The position numbers were made by a program, and so were the translations under genes. From Raillietiella orientalis (taxonomy: Eukaryota), in contig JAYWIR010000031.1 of NCBI GenBank assembly GCA_036172245.1, forward strand, positions 2,356,001 through 2,420,000: a stretch of DNA of 64,000 nt, in the 5' to 3' direction. Numbering within the stretch: the stretch's first letter is position 1; each line of letters starts with the position of its first letter. Shown piece after piece: positions 1 through 13,430 of this stretch. The notes under the pieces were generated by a model, which searched no databases, was not told the DNA's origin, and saw only the letters and a program-made list of their open reading frames with translations.

Positions 1-299
1 CTCCTTTGGAGGAGGCAGAGGGAAAGAGTCTCTCCCCTGCAATCGTAGGTAGGCTGAGGGCGCCTCCTTTCTAAGAATCCGGGTGTCCTCCTGGATTGGG
101 GGGTAAGGAGGAAGGGGGAGGACGAGGGCGCTCGCGCGCGGGACGAAAGGGGAGCAGCGCTGTTGAGAAAGAGGCGGAAGGCTGCCCCCCGAGCGCACCC
201 TCTGACTCCTGGGACGAGCAGCCTCGTGACCTCAGACGGTGCGGACGGATCCTTCGAGAGCCGGCGGAAGGTGCAGTCCTTGCCTCAGGCCTCGAGTGG

Positions 300-1500
300 C
301 CGGAAGCTACGCTTTCCCCTTCGGCACAGCTTTCGGGAGTCCTGAGGGCTCCAGACGTCCTTCGCAGGCACCGTCGACCGACCGCAGGACGATGGCTCAG
401 CAATGCGTACCTTCGTTCGGCGAAGGAACATCGGACGGGAGGCAGCATCTCGCCAAGCAGGCCCCGGAGGGAACGAGTCTATCCCGTGCCCGTTCGCTAG
501 GCTGCTGCGAGGAGTGGAGGCGCGTGCAGCGGCGGTCCTCCCGAGCCTGGACGGCGCTCATCGTAGGAGCGAATGCACAGGAAGCAGGCGAGCGGCGCAA
601 TGCCAACGGTTGTCTCGTGGACCAGCAGCTCTGGGCCGTACTTGCGGTGTGGACCCAGACGAAGCGTCCACGGCAACACGGGAAAGTCTCCTTCCTTTTG
701 TCGACGACAGGGAGGAGAGCCCCGACGCGACCCCATCTGCAAGGCCAAGGGAAAGAGAGAAGCAGCTCCCAGCAGATGCCGAGGATGCGAGGGAGCTCCC
801 CTCCCTCCTCCTCTGAGGATGGGGATATCTGCGCTGCTCCCCCTGACGCAATCGTGATGCTGCTTTCTATCCATCTTTCTTTTTGTGCGTGCGGGTTTCC
901 CCAGCTCCTCTTGCTGCCAAGGCAACCGGTTTTCCAGCGGGAAATTCCCGCTGTGAATCGCCTCCGGATGTGGCGGGACCAAACGTCCTGCTTGGACTTT
1001 CCCTTCACAGCGCGTGTTCACTGCGGCCCGTTTGCCGGAAAGCGCCTCGGAGCAGTCGGACGCGAAGCCCCTCCGGGAATGATGGAGAGATCGCGCCCGC
1101 GCCTCAGCCCGAGAGCGAGCGCAACGGGATGGGTGGAGCACCCGGGAGAGGCGGGATGCTATCTCGCCTCCGATCTGAGAGGGCGGTCTGTTCCCCCGCC
1201 GCTGGAGCCTGAGGGATCCAGCCGACTTCCATGCAAGCTCGCTCCGCAACTCCCCAGGAGACTTGGAGGACGGGGCGCGGCGATCGTCCTCCGTATGGCC
1301 CCACGAGCCCAGGGCGGCAGCAATTTTGCCCCCCCCCCCTTCCCCAATCCGCCCACCCTGCTAACCAGATGCCGCATGACGTGTCTCTTCCGAGCCATCC
1401 CTCAGCAGCCTGCTTCGAGCCGCTGGTTCACTTTGCTCCAGCGGAGGCTGCCGCCAACGGAGCAGTCCCCAGGGGTAGCGATTCAGCACGACTCCTTCGC
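300..1500 (+). pseudogene. Highly decayed Tx1/L1-like ORF2 (RT) remnant
   Basis: Broken-frame peptides SISP..ERVYPVPVR, VDQQLWAVL and APGRGGM resemble SIISPEQTYAVPGRS, VDQELLLELL and APRRDGGL of the intact copies at 48-54 kb; boundaries approximate. Confidence 0.4.
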
Positions 1501-2599
1501 GGAGCCGTCGAGTGGAAGGCTGGAGGATCCCGCTGTCTGCCGGATTCCAGCGCGGGAAAGTAAACGCGGGAGCGAATCGGGGCAATGTGCTCCTCCCTGT
1601 TCATGAAGATCGGAATTCCTCATTAAAAGTTACGAGAAGGACGGGAGGTGGAGGTGACCGCGTCGGAGCCAATCGTCGGCGCCCACCAGAAATCGATACC
1701 CTGCATCAAGGATCACTCGGTGCGTGAATTCATCATGGCGCAACCTGCCTCCTCTGCACTTTCTGCCGATATGCCCTCACAAGTGACCAGCTGGGGAATC
1801 GCCTCCGAGAGGGAAACGGATCCACGGGCTGGCGAAGAAAACAAGTGGACTCGCTCGCGGGATTCTGATGTATCCGTGGACGAGAAACGACTTCCAAGGC
1901 ATGCCCGGAGAGTGACGCACGTGCACGCGAAGCCGTAGGCGGGCGAGTAGCTGCGGTGGAAAGGCTTCTGCCCTTCTGCCACATCTGACCCCAAGATGTA
2001 CCTGCTTCCAGCGAATGACTCGGAAGCACCTTATCTGTTCCAGGAACCTGCTGCGAGACGACTTTTTTTTCCTTCATATGAAGGGAGCCTTTCCAGAAGC
2101 TGCAACGGAACGGACGTGCATCCAATTCCAGAGCCAGGTCCGAGCTTCGTCATCTGGGTCTGCATCCACAAACTCATCCGCTGAATGGATTGCTGAACCG
2201 CAAACCGAAAGGCTACCCTGGCCCTGACCCTTCCTGCCTCCGGGAGCCCACGAGAGCGCTTGCTGCCGCCACCAAAATCTTCGCCGCGTCCTGATCTCTA
2301 AGCGAGTTGGTGGACCAAACCCTGCCAACGCGCGCACACCGTCGCGACGCACCTTCCTGCCGTCCCACGACGACGGAACGGCGGACGGCAAAAACCTCTC
2401 TGTCCCGGAGTTGAGCGCCGTCGCAACTCCCCAGCGCCATCCATTTCCAGGGCCGGTCGTTGCACAATTCCTAGCGGATTCCATGGCCACCCTTGGGACT
2501 GACGGGTCGGAGCGTGCCTCAGGGAAGAAGCAATGAATGCGTTCCGGGAACACATCGAAAAGCCAAAACTGAACCTCCCGAAGAGCAAAGACGATTGCC

Positions 2600-3240
2600 A
2601 TCCCTTGAATCTCGATGATCTTGAAAGATGGCCAACCGCTTCTTTCCTCATCCCACACTGTTGTACGCAGTCTGATCGGTTCTCATGACGCCAGAAACTG
2701 TGCAATCTTGCTTATTTTCTCCGAAAGACCCCACGGAGGGGGTTTCTTCTTTAAAGGGAACCCGAAAAGGATCCGCTCCTTGTAACTCCTCTGAAGAGGA
2801 GTTACAAGGAGACGAAAGGGACGCTTTTATTTTCTCCGAGGGGCTCTCCCCGATGGAAGCAGAGCATTTCTTGATACTCTGGAGAGGTATCGATCCACCA
2901 GCTCCATGGTACGAGATGCGAAGTACGGCTCCATTTTCACAAGCAGAGGGAACTAACTCCTTGATTCCTGGAAGTACCCCTTCGGGGTACTTCCAGGAAA
3001 CTTCCAATCCCTGTCAGTCAAAGGGGACATCCTTGGGTTTTCGGCTTCCACCAGCGCTGCACCCCAATATATGCCAACCCCCGTCATTCTGCGGGGGGGA
3101 CTCGAAACCCACGACGTACCGACCTCTCAGCATCGATTCTCCACGTGGGCATTCGAGCCCTCAACGCTTGGTGCCACGCCGAAGCCACATGGCTGCCAAT
3201 GCAGTCCTCTTGTCCCCCCTCCCTATTTTCAGTCGACGCG
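2600..3240 (-). repeat. Hairpin-rich repeat with tRNA B-box-like head (family H), uninterrupted copy
   Basis: Shares ACTCTGGAGAG..CCAGCTCCATGG..CTCCTTGAT..TTCCAATC..ACCAGYGCYGCACC..CCACGTGGG.ATTCGA blocks with 6500-6744/7975-8160, 18900-19380, 19740-19960, 21780-22390 and 25620-25772/26492-26660. Confidence 0.7.
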
Positions 3241-3974
3241 ACTGGTAGCATTGCCTCCCCGAGGCATACGGGATGTTGGCCTTTTTCGTTGTCACGTGTG
3301 GGATGCTAGATCGTCGTTGCTGTTCCACATGGTGTTCCGAAGCAGAGTAGCTATCTTTCCATTTTTGCAGGACGCGCACTTATGATCGCCGCAGGGACCT
3401 TTTTCGCGGCACCTGGAAGCAGGCGTCCCGCAATGTCACTGCGATGGAGCATGGAAGCGAACAAGCAAACACCCGATGAGAGACTCCACTCCTGATGTGG
3501 GAAGTCCGTCCTGGCTTTCGTGCAAGGGATCGCAGAGCGAACACGAGCGAAGAAACGACACTGGCAGGGTGCCTCCTGTTTGGTGACTGTGCAAGAAAAG
3601 CGATTTTGCGAGCCACTTGGGAGAGTTGGTTCCTCCCTCCCGAATAGCAAGCAGCAGGAAAGAAAAAAACGACCCCCTAGGGGTCTCTGGTACCCCAAAG
3701 GGAGAAAGCAACAGGGGCAAAATTCAGTACAACGCAAACACAGGTGCTTTAGAAAGGAGTCACCGAGAACCAGTTATGATCGCAGGTACCATCATACCAA
3801 GTGATCAGAGCGCTTCATTCAGGCGGCGGATCCCGAATTCCTAAAGGTCAAACATGGGGCCACGGAAAAGAGGATGCCAGGCATTGTGTTGAAAATCACC
3901 ACGCACATCGAATGCAGGGTGGTTCCGTTCACTCTGAAATACGTTGAGGCACCTCAAACTGTCAGCTCCAGGGT

Positions 3975-4210
3975 TTTCCTTAGCTTTTTTGATTCTTTGC
4001 ACAGCCATTGGATCGTTTTTCAAATCAATCTCATTACTTTTCTCGAATTCATCTAGTAAACAATTGACTAGTGCGTTATCACCTCCAAGATATAATAAGT
4101 GTCACCATTTGTAGCTTTGCCTCGAAAGCTCTAGCACCGATTTCAAGTATTGAAACATCAGATGTACCACCACCAAGATCATATACCACTTTCGTGTGCC
4201 CATGTTTTTT
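3975..4210 (-). pseudogene. dnaK: Decayed bacterial-type dnaK/Hsp70 fragment, Wolbachia/Rickettsiales-like
   Basis: Minus strand with frameshifts reads [31 protein letters not shown] / ATNGDT / [37 protein letters not shown], containing the Hsp70 DLGGGTFD and ATNGDTHLGG signatures; no introns. Confidence 0.85.
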
Positions 4211-6499
4211 TTTTTTTCTCTCTCTCTCTCATCGAGACCAGAAGCACGGGCTGCAGCAGTTGGTTCAATGACTGTTGTGGTCCAGCAATGTATTCCTGCA
4301 TCCCAGCGCCGTGTTCCTTGTCGTGCCAGAGCTCCGACACTGCGACCCATTTTTCATGCAGCCTCGCCGAAACTTTTAACGCAAGACCGGCTGCTTTCGT
4401 ACCCACTTGGCAATTAAAATTCCTGGATTCCAGTGTCGAGCACCGGAATGATCCCCTTGTGTTTAAGGCAAAACCTGCTGCAACCTTTGACACATTGCCT
4501 GTGCAACCAAGTGTTTGCATAGTCGTGTGCCGAGGCACCGGTAAAGCATGAGCGACAGCTGCCGGGATGCAGAAAAAGACGTGTATCGCAAATGACTTGG
4601 GGCACGCTACGGCCGGATGGCTCCAGATTGTATAACGATGGTGATGAAACTAATGGAACCAAAAGTAGATTGATTGTAATTTTCGTGTGCACTTTGCCCG
4701 ACTTTTATTAATCGTGACGAAGAAGGATGAAGATGGTTTGGAAACTCTCCAGCGACAGAATCTGAAATCACGAGTAGGAATAGCTGCAGCCCAAGCCACC
4801 AGTCGAATGCTCTCTTTTCGTTGCTTCGTATCCGATGCAATCGTGAAGACAAGGCAGAGCATCCGCTGGAAAACAAAATAGGCAAGGCAAGCCACTGATG
4901 CTGCTTTCCAACCCATTCTTAGAATCCAACTAATCTCAACGAAATCTCAGCTCGATCTTAACTAAATTACCACTTTGAGATCCTCATTATAATTATTCAA
5001 TGAACAGTCCGAAACGTATAACAAGTGCTGCTCCAGGAGATTTTCCACGTCGTTTGATTCCAGGACCCAGAACGGAGTGGTAATGACCGAAAGATGGAAC
5101 GTAGGTCCTGGCGTGACCAAATACTCGAAATTGAATAACGATAATTTGCTGACTCGATAATCACTAACACCGATTATTTTCTGATCTGGCTCTAATTCCC
5201 ATTAAACTTGAGACTCCCGTTCCGAAATTGGGAACGAGATCGATGCCATTATGATGACAGTGAGGCAATAATCAAGATGAAGCTGTCGACGGACGTCCTG
5301 AGAAAATGCTGAACGAACACAAACCATTCGACGAACCAAACATGATGTTCATCGCCTCCAGAGTGCCTTCTTCCAGGTAAGCGATTCGAAAGTGTGTTGC
5401 ATCTGTTATCTTCGTTTTCACTTTACTCCTTGATTTACGACAGGTGTACCCCCAGTGGCTCAATGACACGCATGAGAGAGTCAGAGAAAGCGCAATAGAG
5501 CTGCTGACAGGTTTGCAGCACACGAGGCTCGCAAATCCGTCCGTCAGTTGCATTTTCCTGGGGCAGAGTTCTTACATAACGTCACGCCCCAGGAATCATT
5601 AGCTGGTACCCCTCTGCACAAGAGTCCCTATGAGCAGATTTTGAGGAACGGTCTCGTTTCAGCTTTGTCCGGTTGAGATTGGGAGTACTACATGTTCTCG
5701 ATCACTACTGATTTTTTATTCTTGTACGTTTGAGGGCACTCGGGTCTTGAACAGCAAGTTGTACCTGCTTCCAAGCGAATCCGTCGGAAGGTGTTGACCA
5801 CAATTTCCGAGACCCGTCGCATTGACGGGAGGGTGTCTCCTTTTGAAAATTTGATTTTTGGGTGCAGCCTATTCCATACACGAAACCAACCATCCCGGGG
5901 TGCTCATACAACTGCACTTGTAAGCATGCTGAGCAGCCTGGGACAGTGAGTACATATAGATAAGGCATGTGTTATCTCGCATCCAAGCAACTCGTGGCTC
6001 ACGACAGGGAACGTAGCAACCACGAGGTGCACCGAAAGTGAACAGCAGAGGAGGCATCCGTGCGTACAGAAGCCAGTAGTTTAGGCTGGCAACCAACTCA
6101 AAGGCCGCGGAACAGATCAGCAACCAAAACTGCAATTCGAAAGCCAAGATCGAAGGCGTGCTTCGGTTGCTCAATCTGCCAAGCACTGAAACACACGAAT
6201 CGTTAACGGCGGGCATTCACGAACAGAGGGGGGACAGCCTTGACTTTCCTCATTAGAGGCGCCCATTCCACTAGCCGGAGTATTGCAGGTCGTCAGCTCA
6301 TCTACACCCACGCAACCCGAAGTGTGGATATACGCAAGGCTGACTGTCGGTAAAGGCACGATGAGGAATTTTACGAAATTGCGGAAGCTCTTGCAGCAGT
6401 GATCGCAACACGATCGGAAGGTCTCGGCTCATTGCAACTCATCCTCGGCTAAAGAATCATCAGTTACGCACCGACGAAAAATATCCGGGGAAACCTATT

Positions 6500-6744
6500 G
6501 TCTCCGTTCCTGAATTTCTTCTCCAGAGGGAGCCAGGAAGGGAACTGCTCCTTGCTCCTTGCTTGAGCAGCTCTTCTGACACTCTGGAGAGACAACACCC
6601 CGAGGGGGTATCAACCATCTCCATGGCCCCAATTTCTCTGCCAAAAGGAACCGGCCACCCGATTTCTGGAAGTACCTAGAAGAGTCAACTCCCGATCCCG
6701 GCCATCCGTGGGTTTCCAACTTCTACCCCCCGTCGGTGCTGCAC
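6500..6744 (-). repeat. Family H repeat, left part (interrupted by a Tx1 insertion)
   Basis: ACTCTGGAGAG, CTCCATGG and GGTTTCC..CGGTGCTGCAC blocks match the other H copies. Confidence 0.6.
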
Positions 6745-7974
6745 GTCTTCCGGGAGCGTGGGACTAGCGTCATTCCTTGCGCGCCCTCCAAGCAATCTCA
6801 TCCACTGTGGACTGTACCTTCGGCAGGTGGCCACGCTAGCCAGGAAAAACGCATGGATTTCGTAACGCCACGCGAGCGGTAGTGTCTGCCTGCAGGGAAC
6901 CGTTCACGCGCGGGTGAGGATCCAGGAGCCAAGCGCGAAACAGCTGCGAATTTTCCTGTACGCGCGTAACAACCGAACACTCCGGGAGATCTTGGAAAAT
7001 CCCGTGAAGAGTGCGTGGGAGAGTGGAACCTCCCTCGTCGCCACACTGTTCTCCCTTAGAGAGCATATGGACAGCAATCGCGGCAAAATGGTGGAATTTA
7101 CTGTGGAAATCTCCGGAAGCAGAAAAGGACTGGACGAGTGGACGATGGGCCAGTTCACTGACGCTGCGATCCCGATTGCTCGATCTCATGGACTTTTTGC
7201 GCTGGGGAATGCTACTGGATATTCTGAAGGAAGACCTGCAGTGGCCCCGGTACTTATGAACACTTGCACCCTCCCTTTGAAGTGGCAGGAGTCGGCGTTG
7301 ATGCTGCTGCACTAGGGCCTCCCGTGCAACGCCTGCCGGCATCTTTGGACAAGGGGGTGTTTGGATCCAAACTGTGCAAGGTATGGGGAACAAGAATCCT
7401 TCCCGCACCTCTTAGTGGACTGTGCTGCCCACTGGTCCCTTTGGGGACGCTTTACTGCGACCCTTGGAACTCTTGGAGACAACTCCAGAGACGTTTGAAA
7501 GCGTCTCTTCCTGAGCGAAGCCCTCACGCGAGCCACATCCCCAGCAGCACTTTGCTGCCCACGTGGCGGGACCGTAGATGCATGGAGCAATGCCAGAGAT
7601 CAGGACGATAGAGACGACATCTATTTTGCTGTCCTCTTCGTGAGGATAGCGTCAGGATGGCTGCATCTGGGAGTCTTGAAACGGGAACTTGCCGGCATCC
7701 TTACAAGGATGCAGAGGACACCCTCCAGCATCCGGTGATTCCTTCTCAACCCCCCCTATTTTTTGACTATGTTTTTCTGTTTTATTTTTTTTCTTTTTGT
7801 TTGTCCTCTCTTCCTACGTACTGTCGAGGCGAGTCCCATCGGCCTGCGTGCCAGTTCCCAGCAGGTTCCTACGAGATTCTCGTAGTTATTAGTAACGTGA
7901 CAGGATCAAACGTCCTTCCACAGACGAGTATTTTTATTTTTTATAAATAAACGCCCCGGTGTGACCGGGTGTCA
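6745..7974 (+). mobile_element. 5'-truncated Tx1-like non-LTR element (ORF2 C-terminus + 3'UTR)
   Basis: ORF 6914-7315 has TLREILENPVKSAW..WTMGQFTDA..LPLKWQESALMLLH; 3'UTR CTGCGT loop at 7844; AATAAA at 7946 followed by terminal hairpin. Confidence 0.9.
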
Positions 7975-8160
7975 TCCAGTGGCGCACCCGAAGCGCGTGG
8001 GCTAGTCAGAGTCATCCTGCGGAGTGGAATCGAATTCCACAACGCACCCATTTCTCGAGGGGGTGACCTCCACGTGGGGATTCGAACCTGCAACCTTTGG
8101 TGCCACGCCGTAGCTACACGACCGCCAACGCGGACCCCCCTCCATTTTCAGTCGACTTTA
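7975..8160 (-). repeat. Family H repeat, right part with two B-box-like motifs
   Basis: Minus strand GGTTGCAGGTTCGAATCCCC and GTGGAATTCGATTCCAC about 50 bp apart; homologous to 3065-3240 and 26492-26660. Confidence 0.7.
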
Positions 8161-9149
8161 TTCTTGCCGGCTTTCCTCCTCAGAGTTCGTATTTTACGCA
8201 GCTGGAACACTTGAAGATCTACAATGGCTACCATCCTGTGCAAAAAAATATCTGCTTCATCATCACTAAGGCGAAGGATGAATGGGCAACTCTCCACCGT
8301 ACTGATCAGTGACTTCCAGTGATGTCATGCTGCATCATGCACGGGCAGGAAAGCAGATATTTGGTTCCCGTGACCAATGTCACTCCGTTGCCAGAGCACC
8401 ATGTAAAATGATGCTCTTGTTTTAAGTGGCCAAGAAGTTACCTTAGAATTTTTCAGATTGAATAATGCAAGTGATTCTGGGCCCCTGTCCTGCGTGAGCT
8501 GGCGACAAGGAGGAGGAAGGACAAACACGGCTTTTCGTCTCGTTAAAACTCACTGCAGTTGGAGGATGGAGAGCTCGAAAGATGGGCTCCCCACTCGACT
8601 GCCGAACGAACATCCGAAGCGTCATAGGTCATCCCAGAACAATCTGGTTTCAACTGCTATGGGTGGCGACTGATCCACTCTCCAATAAATTTATTTCCTT
8701 AATCATTCCTTGCGAATCATTCCATTCCCGCAATCACTAAAATACTCAAGACAGAGCAGTCACTCTGATCCAGATTTCCTGCCCGTTGGCCCACTGTCTT
8801 ATTCCTACGTAAAATTCGCCTCACCTCTGCACCTATCGACGTAGGAATATCCTTATCCCCTTCTGATTCCTCTAACCTTCTCCCAGGTCATTTTCTTTTC
8901 CTCATTTCTTAGCGCTCGCAAATTCTAATTAGAACTTTCTTGCAGACGTCTTCGACTCTTTTTAGCAGCCACTCCACACCTCTGGAAAAAAGATTCTTCA
9001 TTAGAATCTGGGAGCCAGAAAGACACGCCCACCAATGAAATGAAGCGTTAGACAGCCGCTGAGTCGAATCAGGAGTGAGATGATTGGGGTGAACGCCGTT
9101 CGAAACTTGACACCTGGCGATGAGGAACTTTGGGGAAAACACGAGACAA

Positions 9150-9560
9150 AGTGCACTCTCCGAACACAGGGGACACCGCTTGTTGCGGTGGCCTGCTGTT
9201 GTCGGGGATGTCCTTGGTTTCATTAGGTGTCGATGACACAGACGAAGCTCCCGGAGGACATATCGGCTATGCCTTCCCCTGGAGCGCATCGCCTTCGTGT
9301 GCCTTGTGGGGAACCTCGTCGTTCTTCGATCTCAGGAATTCCCCAATGCCGAAGTTGCCACCGGCACCGGAGCTCTTCCTGTAATGATTGGATTGTTCTC
9401 CCAAAGTAGCAGGCATCTGGATGCAGTTTCGAACCGCTCATTCTTCAGGCAGCAGCCCACCAGTTTCCTCCATTCCTTCAACGTGACTCTGCCTACCTGC
9501 TGATGATGAGACCAGCACCCCGCAATCAGTGACCGGGAATGCGCCTCGCCCTCCTCACCG
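9150..9560 (-). pseudogene. Decayed Tx1 ORF2 C-terminal fragment
   Basis: WQLRHWGIP resembles LLLHWGLP; downstream CPLCSES; multiple frameshifts. Confidence 0.4.
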
Positions 9561-11991
9561 CTCATCTTCTGCGCGAGTGATCCTCACCTTTACTTGTGAG
9601 CGATTCGCTACGGGCAGCAGTGAGTTGCGGTGAACCATAAGAGATAGGTCGTACGGCTACCTCTGAGCTTATGCAGCGACTACAGCTGCTACTCCTTCCC
9701 GATGCTCTCTGCCACCCACCTTCGGCCGTCTCTTCAGAGGATGCAGAAGCGCACCGCAAGGAAAGGAAAGACTCTAGTCATCCACTCCTGTTGACATGCC
9801 ATCGGAAATTAGGAAAGAGGGGAAGGACCTCTCTCTTACATGACCTGATGGCGTGGAGAACCGAAAGAGGATGATTGCAAGATCCGCACGGGAAGGTGTA
9901 AGTAGGGATAAGAAGGCTTGGCTGCAGCGAAGAGGGGTGCGTTGTAGAATTTATCTTCTTAATCCGTGACTCGCGATGCCCCGAGCAGAGATGGGCTAAG
10001 AAGATGCTGGCGCCTTCGAAGAATTGAAGTCAAATCGAGCCCCAAACCTTCAGCACGCGGCTGGCTGCACGGCACCATGGACAATACCTATAAAACGGAA
10101 CGGACCTCAGTGAGAAAGCAGCAAAAACCGGGACCGTTCCGCTGTTCGGATGGCATGTGTGGAGTTGGCTGAAGAATTCGGGGTCTGATGACGGGCACTG
10201 CATCCACTGGAACTCCTCCCCGTGCTCCCGGAAGATGCGATTCCCTCACAGAGATTCCCAGTGTTCAGACGCAAAACTGGAACGGTCCTTTCTCGTATCT
10301 TAGAGAGTCGAAGGTCTCCCGAAGATATCCTTTGGTCACGACTTTTTCACCGATGCGTCCAGAACGACATGCCTTCGGGCTTCAGGTCTTCCGGATTCAG
10401 GGGTTCCTTCCGGCTTTCGAATGAATCATGCATGTGCGCCCTGATGCTCGCATGCCTCTTGGAGGCCATCCTGATGATGGACAGTCGTTTTCAGCATCAG
10501 TGCCAAGAACTGTGCCGATCATCTCTCTTCTTGATTGATGTCCATCTGAGGGCACGCTGGCAGCGTCCGAGAACACTCGTTGAAGAAAAGGAGGAAAACG
10601 CAGGAGCCCGAGAGTCACCCTTTTGTCCCTCAGGGACGAAGACCCCAAGATTCCAGAAGCGGCGGCTCGCATGATCATCGTTTGCATTCCAAGGACGAGG
10701 ATATGCTGGGAATTTCAACAGGATGCGAGGACCGGCTCGGTTTACCCAAGGATTTTGTGCCAGCTGTGCCCACGAGGGAGAAAAGAAAACAAAAGAGGGA
10801 ATGAGAACCGACGATGGAGGAGCGGAGTTTCCGCCCTCGCTCCCGCCTGTCTCTGCCTTGTGGTAGCCCTGCAATTCCCGAAGGGGCTCCGCCATCTCGG
10901 ACACATCCGGAGCTTCGAGCGCACGTCCAGCAGAATCCTTTGATTTTCCCTTTTCTTCGATAGGTCAGCAGCGATCTCGAGGAGATTGCAACCGCTGGCC
11001 AAGGAGGACGGAAACCTCGTGGGCAGCTGCTTCACTTTTCCTTCCTTGACAGTTCGCCAAGCGCTCAAAAACCAGTTGGTCTCCTCGCAGGCCCGACGAT
11101 GCCGCCACGCCGGGCGCGCACGGACCGGCAATCGGGGCCACCCGAGAGCGCGCCCTACCAGGTCAGGGGGAAACCTCAATGGTGCAAGGAAGACCACGAG
11201 CATGGAGGAAGGAACCCTCCTCTGTGCGTCTCCCTTGTTTACTTCCCTGGAGGGCTTCCCCTCTAGGAGCACGCGTTCAGCAGTTCCGAGGGATCTCAAG
11301 CTGGAGGAAAATCTCGAAGGGAGCCGGGATTCCTGGACACTATGTCGCGACGGGGGCACCTGGCCCCCGACGCGTTCCCAGCGCCATTCTGACGCCGCGC
11401 CCGTGGGTCAGCCAGCGTCATCCTGAGGCGAGAATCAAAACCCCCCGATGCCCGGTGCCGCGCTCGCAAGCCGATCTTTTCCTCAGCGAGCAAAAGATGC
11501 ATGGGAAGGTTAGCAAATTACTGGAGGAAAACTTTCTGCACTTCCGACGGTTCTCTCAAGCAGCTCCTCCCGTCATCTTCCGGCGGAAGATCACCTACGA
11601 TAGAGCCATCGGAAACCCCACCCCCATCTCCCGTAGATCGGAAGGAACCGCTATATGCTACTGGAGGCCGTGTCCTTGTTCAGCTGGTCGTCTCGCCGTG
11701 CATATGGAAGGACGGGATCCCTCGGGACCTTGTCGCTGGCCTTGTCCCGCGCGCAAGGTGACCCTACCGCGAGAGCACCCACCTTTCGCCGTTTGCTTCC
11801 CTCCTGCTCCTAGCGGATTTACCATTTCTCCGGCCTCGAGACTCCGGAAGTCATCGACATTAAGTTCTTGAGCGCTCTCTTTCATAGGCGGAATGGAGGA
11901 TCGACCCTCGACGCCGGCTGCTCTGCTCCCGTCGTGCCTCCTTGAACGCCGTCAGCGAGCATCACCGGCAGATATTCAGGATATATCTTGT

Positions 11992-13430
11992 TTGCCACCC
12001 GGAGTTTCCAGGACATTTATCATAAAAAATTCTGATAAAAGTCGTTAGTTTCATTTCTGTGGTAGAACACTTGGTCCTACCACGCGCGAAACCGGTCCGC
12101 AGACCGGTGAGGTCCTCTCCAGCGGCGAAGGGGAGGGACAAAACAAATAAAAAGACAAAAAAAAGGAGGGAGGGAGAAGTTTCTCGGGGAGAGGGGGGCG
12201 GGGAAGGAAATACTACTCCACAGGAAAGTCCTGTGCACGATGCTGACAAGTGCTGTTTTCACATTGCCCAGGTGGAGCCATGTCGACGCGGTCTTCACAA
12301 AGATCCTCATCCAATGGGTGGCACCCCTCTCCTTTTGGACTCTTCTTGTTGCGTTCCAGGTTGCCACGATTCCGCGTACACAGCAGAGAGCTGCTGGAGA
12401 TTCGGCTGGCGGCAGGCGTCACGCATGAAGAGGCGCCGGAAAATGCTCCTGGGGCCTCTTTCCGTGATTTTAAGGAGCAAAGAGAGTCGATCCCAAAGGG
12501 TTCAGAGGGCGACACAGGTGAGGGAAGGTCTCTTTCCCTCCTCAATTGGGATTCACACTCCCCCGTGTCCAATGATGGAGGCGCGCTTTGCATGGGATTC
12601 CCCAATGCAAAAACAGTAGCGCCACTTCTTGCCACTTGAGGGGGAGGGTGCCACTGTCCCAGCACGCTGGGGTCCACTTCACCTCCTCCGGTATCGTGAG
12701 CAGCTCGCCCCAGCGTCAAAGTCCCTTCGACGGGACACTCGGGGTCTCAGCATCCGCTGGCTGCCGAGTTGTCCACGCACTTGAAAGTTTTTTCCTGCCT
12801 TCGATACAGAGGACACTTCCCACTTTGCCGGTAGATTGCTGTCCCCCGCGTTTTTCAGGGAGGGCAGCACTAGGACAAGGGGAGTGAACGAGGCCCACAG
12901 CAGTTTGCGTGGGTTCTGCACGATCTCCCGCGGGGGCTGTCGGGCGTGGCTCCCTTTCCGGAGGCAGGAGTACTCCGCCTCGCTCGAGCCGTGGATCTTT
13001 CCCCGTGCTGAAACTGACTCCTGAAGCCAGGCAGTGCAGTTCGCGGGCAGGCAGGAGATCCATGTGTTTCCCTGCACCAAGGCAACCAATCGACGCAGAT
13101 GATGGTCACATTGCCTCAGGGTGGTGTCGTTGGCCACGAGGATCGAGGTCCATCCTTCGCAGCCGGTCGCTCTTCTGGTGAGGAGGCGTGCAGGCGCGCT
13201 CCAAGGTGTTGTCCAAAACTTCGCCGCAAGGGCATCTTCTGAATTGGAGCTGTCTCTCCATCCGCTCCATAGTAAGGAGGTCCAGTCCACCATCCTTACG
13301 CGGAGCACACAAGCCTTTTAAGCAAACTGGTGACCTCCCTGTGGCCCACAGGGCTTCTGCAGGAAGTTCTCGGTTCGTTTTCTGATGTTGGGTGGGACGG
13401 GGAAAACAAAAAGTTGGTGGCGGAGGAGAA
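11992..13430 (-). mobile_element. 5'-truncated, decayed Tx1-like element with 3'UTR
   Basis: ALAAKFWTTPWSAPARLL..WISCLPANCTAWLQES homologous to 48266-50680; CTGCGG-loop hairpin at 12091-12108; GATAAA + CCTGGA/TCCGGG hairpin + TGGCAA end. Confidence 0.88.

Noticed and set aside
2790..2820. Hammerhead-like CTGAAGA...GAAA in family H
   Set aside because: No proper stem II, and GAAA is not conserved in the other copies (19840, 21970)
8060..8140. Functional tRNA gene
   Set aside because: Only a T-arm/B-box is convincing; no acceptor stem or D-arm, and the copies are diverged
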